From NCBI GenBank assembly GCA_049520575.1, contig JBEKPQ010000003.1, positions 24,632 to 88,631 on the forward strand: a stretch of 64,000 nucleotides of DNA. The letters run 5' to 3'. Position numbers and translations under genes: made by a program. The stretch is from Thermodesulfobacteriota bacterium (GTDB lineage: Bacteria; Desulfobacterota; RBG-13-43-22). This document shows positions 57,283 through 64,000 of the stretch, piece after piece. Positions within the stretch are counted from its first letter, which is position 1. Each line of letters opens with the position of its first letter. Under the pieces are notes generated by a model that saw only the letters and a list, made by a program, of their open reading frames with translations, made no database searches and was not told the DNA's origin.

Positions 57283-58506
57283 TTATTCTAAGGCCCCTCT
57301 TTTCCGGTCCTGTTTAAAATCCTGAATCCCAGGAACCGCGGTCATTTCTATGGCCTTTAATTTACTGCAAGACACCGCACATTGGGCGCAGCCGATGCAG
57401 CGCGCCGGATCATGTAAATGAGTATTGTTTTTTATATCCACGGTGATGGCCCCCATGGGACAAGCCAGGGCACATTTGCCGCAGTAATTGCATTTTTCAT
57501 AATCGACCCTGGGCATGAAATGAGGGGGAGCGATAACACCCGGCATGTTGAACTCCGTTATAATGCGCATCATATGACAGCAGCACCCGCAGCAGGAACA
57601 AGATGAGCCTCCTGTTTGCGGATCCTGGGCCGTGATCCAGGTCACCAGACCGTTCGCTTCGGCCTCGGCTTTGATCACCAGGGCCTCCTTCATTTCGATG
57701 CGGCGGAATTTCCCTTTTTGAATAAGACGGTCTGCGGAAATTCCCAGAGCCATACAGACTTCCTTGGGTTTCCCACAGCCCCTTCCTGCCAATTCTTCCA
57801 CGATTCGGCACTGACAAAGGGTTACCCCGAACGAGCTGTATTGGGAAAAGATTTCCTCCAGCTTGTCTGAGGGATAAGCCATGGGATTGGATACGATAGT
57901 CTGTTCTATGGGTAAGTATTTAACAGACGGCTTTAACTTCCCCCAGTAATCGGTTCCATAACCGGTCTCATAAAGGGTCTCAAACAACTCGCTGAAACGG
58001 CGGTGCCAATCCGTCAGAGTATCCATGGAGGTACGCATTAAAACCATCTCAAAAGATCCGGCCGCTAAGGGCAGATTAGTGTATTTCCGGTTTTCCCCAG
58101 AGCCGAAGCTTAACAGGATGCACTTTTCATCGGCCAGCCTTTCCAAGATCGGTTGCACTTCTTCGATGGGTCGATTGGCGGTCTTGGCTACTGATTCGGC
58201 AGTCTCTCTGGCCTTCGGTCCTATGTGCCGGGCTATCGATGCTTCCTCTTCCGTGAAGGTGTGCAACATCAAGGCGATCAGTTCATCACAGATCGGAGGG
58301 CCGGCAAGCTTTGGGCTTGCATAGACTTGGGCAATATCCAGGTGCGCTTGGGACACGCCGGGATAATCATGGATGGTCTTGACTTTTACATTTTTTCCTT
58401 TGGGTTCTCGGGGTCCGATTATCCCCTCATTGATTTGGATCATTCGATTACCAGCCTTATTAGGCATAACTTTTGTTTCCTCCTTTTTTAATGCTGTTGA
58501 CGTCAA
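57283..58506 (-). CDS. Fe-S cluster-binding protein (Cys-rich, 2x 4Fe-4S ferredoxin motifs at the C-terminus; possibly a DUF362-type Fe-S protein).
   Basis: CSCCGCCC cluster; CNYCGKCALACP and CIGCAQCAVSC ferredoxin motifs. Confidence 0.55.
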   Translation of the reverse strand: MTSTALKKEETKVMPNKAGNRMIQINEGIIGPREPKGKNVKVKTIHDYPGVSQAHLDIAQVYASPKLAGPPICDELIALMLHTFTEEEASIARHIGPKARETAESVAKTANRPIEEVQPILERLADEKCILLSFGSGENRKYTNLPLAAGSFEMVLMRTSMDTLTDWHRRFSELFETLYETGYGTDYWGKLKPSVKYLPIEQTIVSNPMAYPSDKLEEIFSQYSSFGVTLCQCRIVEELAGRGCGKPKEVCMALGISADRLIQKGKFRRIEMKEALVIKAEAEANGLVTWITAQDPQTGGSSCSCCGCCCHMMRIITEFNMPGVIAPPHFMPRVDYEKCNYCGKCALACPMGAITVDIKNNTHLHDPARCIGCAQCAVSCSKLKAIEMTAVPGIQDFKQDRKRGALE

Positions 58507-58909
58507 AAATGACGGCTGGGTAAAAAGATAAGAATTGAGAATCCAGAATTCAGGGGTGAGAATTCAGAATGAAACTCTTAACTTTTAATTCTAAGTTTAA
58601 AATAATAGATTCAGTTGCCATCGTCAAATGTTTTTATTGAACCTGATTAATCAAAAGCTGTTCCTGGATTAAAGCAACCCTGAAGGAATATTTGATGGGT
58701 TTTCTTTCTAAATGAAAAAGGGTAAATGTTGCCTCAAAGGAGTCACCTAAGATAAAAAAATAGATCATAGCCGGCAGATTAACTTCCGTGTTGCATGGTT
58801 AAAAAGAATGAAGTATTGTTATTAAGGATATCACTATAATCTTGACCTAATAGAAAATTTAGGAGGTGTTTAGCTGAAAGTCAAAAAGGTAATACGCGGC
58901 TGTCTGATT

Positions 58910-59524
58910 TTGGCTGCGTTGCTCATTATTTTCTTTTTTTGTTACCAACCCATCTTAAGAGGAACAGCGGGCTATTTGGCCCCCTCTGAAGAGGGAAAGG
59001 CTGAAGTGGTCATTTTGGAAGGGGTTCAGGTGGTCTCAGAAGGAGGCGTAGCCACAGGGATAGAGTTAATATTCAACAGGCAGGCCGCTCGCCTGATCGT
59101 GGTCATTCATCGGACTCCCAGAAAAGAGGAACCCTTTGCCCTTCCCTTAAATTATGCTCAACTGGTTAAAAAAGAACTGGAGGCACGGGGCCTTAAGAAA
59201 GATCAATTCCTGATGATAACTGTCCCTGTTATTCATCCGATTACTTTGAACGAGGCTAAATTGGTATTGGCCGAACTGGAACAATTAAAAGTACAGAGCG
59301 CCATCTTACTTTCCGAGGGATTTCACACCCGTCGGAGTATTGGGGTTTATCGGCAAGAAGGGGCGAAATTTCGGATGCATATTATTCCTCGGCCCTATTA
59401 TATTTCCTATCAGCTAAATAATTGGTGGCTCATCACCGATGGTGTTAGGGCCTTTGTCACCGAATATCTAAAGCTTGGTTATTATCTGCTGAGAGGATAT
59501 CTTTCTATAAAGAGCGCTTTTTAA
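58910..59524 (+). CDS. DUF218/YdcF-SanA-like protein. Start codon uncertain: TTG at 58910, and an AGGAGG RBS sits upstream of an in-frame CTG at 58874.
   Basis: Conserved DUF218 block ILLSEGFHTRRS and an N-terminal hydrophobic segment. Confidence 0.55.
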   Translation: MAALLIIFFFCYQPILRGTAGYLAPSEEGKAEVVILEGVQVVSEGGVATGIELIFNRQAARLIVVIHRTPRKEEPFALPLNYAQLVKKELEARGLKKDQFLMITVPVIHPITLNEAKLVLAELEQLKVQSAILLSEGFHTRRSIGVYRQEGAKFRMHIIPRPYYISYQLNNWWLITDGVRAFVTEYLKLGYYLLRGYLSIKSAF

Positions 59525-59569
59525 ACGAACAAGATAACCTTTTACTTCTCTCCATTTTGGGGGTGACGC

Positions 59570-60214
59570 ATGAAGAAACAAAAAATAATTAAAAGCCGAA
59601 AGAGAAGGAGGAAAAAATTTTTACCCCTATCCGTTCTTGGCTTTTTTATCCTCCTGGCCGGAACAGCATTCAGTCAGGATATTGACTGGACGCCTCCTCC
59701 TTGGGGATTGAATCTGGAAGAATTAAATAAGGCCTTTAAGGATAAAAATAAAACCGACCTGATCAGAGAAGACAAAGACCGGTCTGAAATTGAACTCCAA
59801 TATAGACCGGACAAGTCCATAAAGTTCAGAAGGGGAAAGGTAACAGCTCTGCTTGGTTCAACGGATCCCTCAACCCATGGCCGTCTTTACGGATACTCTT
59901 TCGAAGGGAAATTTTTCGGCAGAGCTATTTTTTTTAAAGATCACCCCGAGTTCTTCCCGGAAACGGTCAACAGAATCTTAAAAGAAAAATATCCTCAGGG
60001 AAAGATTATCCGAACTTTTGGCACGACTCGTAGTCTCTCTTTATTTGAATATAAATCGGATCAATTATATGTTTTTTCAAGCGAAAAAGGCGTTTTTTAT
60101 TATGACCCGTATATTCTGGAAAAGGTTGTTAAAATAGAGCAGGGACAGATCGAAAAGGAAGAACAAAAAATTGAAAAAGAAGTGAAGGATAACAACCTTT
60201 ACAGGCACTATTGA
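59570..60214 (+). CDS. Hypothetical secreted protein.
   Basis: 214 aa with a basic n-region, a hydrophobic signal peptide and AFSQD. No recognisable domain. Confidence 0.5.
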   Translation: MKKQKIIKSRKRRRKKFLPLSVLGFFILLAGTAFSQDIDWTPPPWGLNLEELNKAFKDKNKTDLIREDKDRSEIELQYRPDKSIKFRRGKVTALLGSTDPSTHGRLYGYSFEGKFFGRAIFFKDHPEFFPETVNRILKEKYPQGKIIRTFGTTRSLSLFEYKSDQLYVFSSEKGVFYYDPYILEKVVKIEQGQIEKEEQKIEKEVKDNNLYRHY

Positions 60215-60268
60215 TCCCCTTTATCATCCATATCCATCAATTCAAAAATAAGATAAAAAAAATCCCTC

Positions 60269-62947
60269 ATGACCAATTGGGTGGCCACAACTACGGAAGA
60301 CTTGCAGGCTAAGGTTGTTGCCGAAGCCGATGAACAAACCTTGATCCTGACCTCCGGTGGAAGGCTGGCCCGGCAGTTGCGTCATGCCTTTCGCCTGGAT
60401 CGGATAAAAAAAGGCCAGTCCGGCTGGCTGCCCCCTAAGGTCCTGAGCCTGAACGCCTGGATTGAAGAAACCTGGCGTTCTTCCTGGCCGGAGGAGACCC
60501 CGGCCTCTCCCATAAAAATTATTGAGCTCTGGGAAAAATCGGTTCAAATGCTCGATCTGCCTGAGGGGCTTACAGCAGATATCCCGCTTTATCAAGCCTT
60601 AGATGAAACCTTTTACGCCAAGATACGAGATAAAGTACCTCCCATAAATAACGGTTATGAAACTCCTCTCTTGTCCTGGCGGGAAGAGATCTTTAGAAGA
60701 TTTGAAAAATTGCTTCTTGAACAAGGCCTGATCCATCCTTCAACACTCCCGATAAAAGTCCTTGACGAAAAAATCATCAAAGCTCGACCCCGGCCGGGGA
60801 AGATTTTTCTCCTGGGCTTCGCATTCCCGGCCCCCATCGAGACGGACTTACTTAAGTTTTTAAAAAAAAATTTCAAGGCGGTTTCCTGCCTATCTAAAAT
60901 AAATCAGGAACCGGCCCTTTCAGCCGTCAGTCTTCCCAATCAAGAAGAAGAGGTGGCCTGGCTCAGTGAGCAAGTTTTATGGGAGGCCCAACATACCCCC
61001 CTGCATCGGATCGGGATTGTCGTGCCCAATCTTTCCCAGTATGCCCCGGATCTGTCTTCGGCTTTCAGGGAACTCATCGGCCCTATGATCTTTGAGCAGA
61101 CGGGAAATTACAATATCTCCCTGGGTCAACCCCTGCTGGACCAGCCGTTGATCCAGGCCGGACTCCTGCCCTTACGCTTTTTCCTGGAAGGGGAACCCCG
61201 TGTCCTGCTCCTTTCTTTGCTCTTGTCCCCGTATTATCGGGCCTGGGAAGCCCATCGCCCCCTCCTGTCCCAGGTGGCCCAGGCCGACCGGATCTGGCGG
61301 AAGCATTCTGTTGATGCGGGATTGGATGCCCTCCTGAAAGGTCTTGTTCATGAACATTCTTTGGGCTTATCCGGTCACAATCTCCAGGGAATCTCCCTGG
61401 ATTCCCTAATCCGATTGAATCAACACCAACAGACGGCTGCCGAATGGGTGGCTTCTCTTGAACAATGCTGGCAGGGCCTCGGTTTCCCGGTCATAACCTT
61501 AGCGGGCGAGGCAACCCTATATAAAGACCTTAAGAAAATCCTGAAGAATTTGGCCAATGATTTAAACACCAAGCTTCTGGACGGCTTTCAGTTTTTTGCC
61601 TGGTTGAAACACCTTCTCAGTCAAACCCTGGTCAATGAACCCGGTTATGAACAAGCAGGGATACAGGTCCTAGGTCTGATCGAGGCCAGGGGCCTGGCCT
61701 TTGACCGCCTCTTCCTGGCCGGCATGTCCAAAGGCAGTCTGCCTCAGCCGGTTCGCACCTTTCCCTTTCTTGGCCCGGAAGAACGAAGGCAGGTCCAGGG
61801 GGCCACCTTAAAAAGCCAGTTTGATTTTGCCCGGATCGCTTTTTCTCTTCTTAAAACCCTTTCCCCGAAAATGACGCTGACCCGGCCGCAAGAGGAAAAG
61901 GGAGATCCCTTGCCTCCTTCCCCATTTTGGCCGGCCCATTCCGAAGAAGAGAAAAGAAATTATTGGACGGTCCCAGGGCATGTCTGGCCCAGGGCCGAAT
62001 GGCTTAAACAAACCCTTCAAGGCATACAAAGTTATCCTAAAACCTATCCCCTCCACGATTCGGAACCCGCCCTGGACAAATCGATTTCCAACCTTTCCGT
62101 GACCTCTTTGGAAACGTTTTTGGCCTGCCCCTTTAAATTTTTTACCGAGCGGATGCTGCGAATCCTTTCTCTGGATGAAATAACCATAGGCATTTCTCCT
62201 TTAGAAAGGGGAGAGGTCTTACATAACCTCATGGCCTTGATTACCAAAACCCTGCGGCAGCAGGCAATCTCTCTCCAAGATCAAGAGGTCATAAAAAAGG
62301 CTGTTGATCGGTGCATTCAGGAGGTCTTCAAAGAAAAAGCCGAAAAACCGCACTGGCAGGTGGAAAAAAGGAGACTGATCGGCGAAGAGGAAGGTTTGGG
62401 CGGGATACTGGGTGCCTGGCTGGAGCAGGAAAGACAGCGATGGGATAAAGGCTGGCGATGGGAAAGGGAAGAGGTTTCTTTCACAGATCTTAGTTTTCCG
62501 TCTTGGTCGTTTTCCGTTCAAGGTCGCATCGATCGTATTGATTTTAACGATGCCCTGAACGAGGCCTGTTGTTGGGATTACAAGACCGGCAGTCTCCCCT
62601 CTACCAACGACATCGTCAAAAATTTTTTGGCCCCGCAGTTGCCTTTGTATCTCCTGGCCTTGATCACCCTGCCTGAATTGAAGATAGAAAACCTGGCGGG
62701 AATCAGGGCCGGCTATGTCGGTCTCAAATCAGAAGGGGAATTGTCTGTGTCAGATCCTTTGAAAGAGACCTCGGCTTGGGAGGCTTGTTTGCCGGTCTGG
62801 GAAAAAGAAATCAGCCTGGTCGGAGAAAAATTAAAGGCCAGTCAATTTCCGGCCGACCCGAAGCCTGTGCCCAGAGGTACGAATGAGGGGGCCTGTACCT
62901 ATTGTCCTTATAGAAGTTTATGCACCTATTGGAAGAAAGGCTCATAG
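60269..62947 (+). CDS. AddB-like PD-(D/E)XK nuclease subunit with a C-terminal Fe-S Cys cluster.
   Basis: 892 aa; RecB-type nuclease motif ...WDYKTG...; four Cys (CPFKF...GACTYCPYRSLC). Followed by a UvrD-like helicase gene. Confidence 0.7.
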   Translation: MTNWVATTTEDLQAKVVAEADEQTLILTSGGRLARQLRHAFRLDRIKKGQSGWLPPKVLSLNAWIEETWRSSWPEETPASPIKIIELWEKSVQMLDLPEGLTADIPLYQALDETFYAKIRDKVPPINNGYETPLLSWREEIFRRFEKLLLEQGLIHPSTLPIKVLDEKIIKARPRPGKIFLLGFAFPAPIETDLLKFLKKNFKAVSCLSKINQEPALSAVSLPNQEEEVAWLSEQVLWEAQHTPLHRIGIVVPNLSQYAPDLSSAFRELIGPMIFEQTGNYNISLGQPLLDQPLIQAGLLPLRFFLEGEPRVLLLSLLLSPYYRAWEAHRPLLSQVAQADRIWRKHSVDAGLDALLKGLVHEHSLGLSGHNLQGISLDSLIRLNQHQQTAAEWVASLEQCWQGLGFPVITLAGEATLYKDLKKILKNLANDLNTKLLDGFQFFAWLKHLLSQTLVNEPGYEQAGIQVLGLIEARGLAFDRLFLAGMSKGSLPQPVRTFPFLGPEERRQVQGATLKSQFDFARIAFSLLKTLSPKMTLTRPQEEKGDPLPPSPFWPAHSEEEKRNYWTVPGHVWPRAEWLKQTLQGIQSYPKTYPLHDSEPALDKSISNLSVTSLETFLACPFKFFTERMLRILSLDEITIGISPLERGEVLHNLMALITKTLRQQAISLQDQEVIKKAVDRCIQEVFKEKAEKPHWQVEKRRLIGEEEGLGGILGAWLEQERQRWDKGWRWEREEVSFTDLSFPSWSFSVQGRIDRIDFNDALNEACCWDYKTGSLPSTNDIVKNFLAPQLPLYLLALITLPELKIENLAGIRAGYVGLKSEGELSVSDPLKETSAWEACLPVWEKEISLVGEKLKASQFPADPKPVPRGTNEGACTYCPYRSLCTYWKKGS

Positions 62948-62971
62948 CCCCTAGCTGAAAGCTCAAAGCCA

Positions 62972-64000
62972 ATGACCGAGGCACTACCAGATCTTTCCAT
63001 ACGTAAGCAAGTCCTATCTCCCGAAGGAAGCTTTCATGTGGAGTCTCCGGCCGGGGCCGGGAAGACCTCTCTGCTGACCGCCCGTTTTATCCACCTGTTG
63101 GCCCAGGTCAATCACCCCCGGGAAATCCTGGCCCTGACCTTTACCAACAAGGCGGCCAACGAGATGCTGGAAAGGGTCCGGACTATCCTCCAACAGGCAG
63201 AGAATGGTGATGCATCCGAATCCGACTGGATGAATGACCTCCTCGTCGTGGCCAAAAAGGCTTTAAAGAAACACAGGACTCACCAACACCTTTTTCTGGA
63301 CCCTGACGGCTTGCAGATCACCACCTTTCATAGCTTCTGCAGTCAGATCATCAAACAGGCCCCGGTCGAAGCTCAAGTCCCTTTAGAAATAGTAATCCTG
63401 GCCGAGGAAGAACAGGATGAATTGATCTACGAATCTCTCGGCCGCAGCCAACAGGTCCTGATGGCCCTGTCTCCAGCAGACCCCCTTCGAAAGGCTTTGG
63501 AAAAGGCCCTTCTTTTTTCAAACAATAATTGGCAGGCCCTTTCCTCCGACTTGGCTCAACTCATTGCCCAGAGAGACCTGCTGATGGACCTGTTTCAAAT
63601 CGTCCGTACCAACCCCGATCCGGATAAGTTGGATCAGGTCTTAAGGGAACGTCTGGGATTTTTGATCAGCCGGCACCTTCAGTCACTAAAGGTCCAATTG
63701 GAATCCCAAGAACTTGGCCGGCAGTGGAATGCCTTCAGCAACCATCTGATCCTGAAAAAAGCTGGGGCATCCGCTCAGATACCTGACGCTATGCCTGGAG
63801 GCGACTGGACCAATCTGCCGGTCTGGCAGGGGATTGCCGAGTTGTTCACCACCAAAGCCGGTTCGGCCCGCAAATCATTCGGTCCCACAAACGGGTTTTA
63901 TTCCGGCTTTAAACAAACACCCTGGGCGCATCATATTGAATCCCTGCCCCAGCCGATCCTGGAATGGCTTCAAAAGATAAAAACATTTCCTTCCCGGCCA
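62972..64000 (+). CDS. UvrD/REP-family helicase (AddA/RecB-like), partial; continues beyond the window end.
   Basis: Walker A ESPAGAGKTSLLTARF and motif Ia ILALTFTNKAANEM. Confidence 0.8.
   Translation, partial: MTEALPDLSIRKQVLSPEGSFHVESPAGAGKTSLLTARFIHLLAQVNHPREILALTFTNKAANEMLERVRTILQQAENGDASESDWMNDLLVVAKKALKKHRTHQHLFLDPDGLQITTFHSFCSQIIKQAPVEAQVPLEIVILAEEEQDELIYESLGRSQQVLMALSPADPLRKALEKALLFSNNNWQALSSDLAQLIAQRDLLMDLFQIVRTNPDPDKLDQVLRERLGFLISRHLQSLKVQLESQELGRQWNAFSNHLILKKAGASAQIPDAMPGGDWTNLPVWQGIAELFTTKAGSARKSFGPTNGFYSGFKQTPWAHHIESLPQPILEWLQKIKTFPSRP

Noticed and set aside
1-64000. Transposase, integrase or prophage content
   Set aside because: No ORF with DDE, serine or tyrosine recombinase motifs or phage structural proteins was seen. 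The foreign-looking segments (2080-4531 and 6900-8700) lack recognisable mobility genes.

Overview
This 64 kb window looks like it comes from an anaerobic, probably deltaproteobacterial (Desulfobacterota-like) genome of roughly 50% GC. That guess rests on pyruvate:ferredoxin oxidoreductase porGDAB, hybrid-cluster protein hcp, a 4-hydroxybutyryl-CoA dehydratase-family gene and a liv-type ABC transporter with an embedded fadD. Housekeeping genes include a partial hybrid histidine kinase, lepA (carrying an in-frame TAG), infA, an RRM RNA-binding protein and tRNA-Asn(GTT); addB/addA-like genes sit at the 3' end.

Two small regions look horizontally acquired. One is a very AT-rich PilZ-like/methyltransferase-like gene at 2080-3738. 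The other is an insertion at about 6.9-8.7 kb carrying a lone abortive-infection-like gene and a truncated antitoxin remnant.

The main feature is a ~26 kb lipid-biosynthesis island spanning 22.0-48.2 kb that does not appear to match a described system. It encodes:
- three beta-ketoacyl synthases and three or four ACPs;
- a FabZ-like dehydratase with a His-less hot-dog partner, plus a standalone PKS-type dehydratase;
- a ketoreductase, two SDRs and two 4HBT thioesterases;
- a phosphopantetheinyl transferase and an acyl-CoA synthetase;
- a CrtI-like FAD oxidoreductase;
- four radical SAM enzymes, two B12-binding and two SPASM-like;
- a DAK2/DegV fatty-acid-kinase-like protein together with PlsY-like, PlsC-like and LpxL-like acyltransferases and a GT2-DUF2062 glycosyltransferase.

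At least five transcription units inside this island share an unusually conserved extended promoter (YTCCTTGACCC(C)GG, then 17-18 nt, then TATAMT). Other signals are a family of GGATTCAAGG-flanked intergenic repeats, shared palindromes, an FNR/HcpR-like site upstream of hcp, and several clean terminator hairpins.
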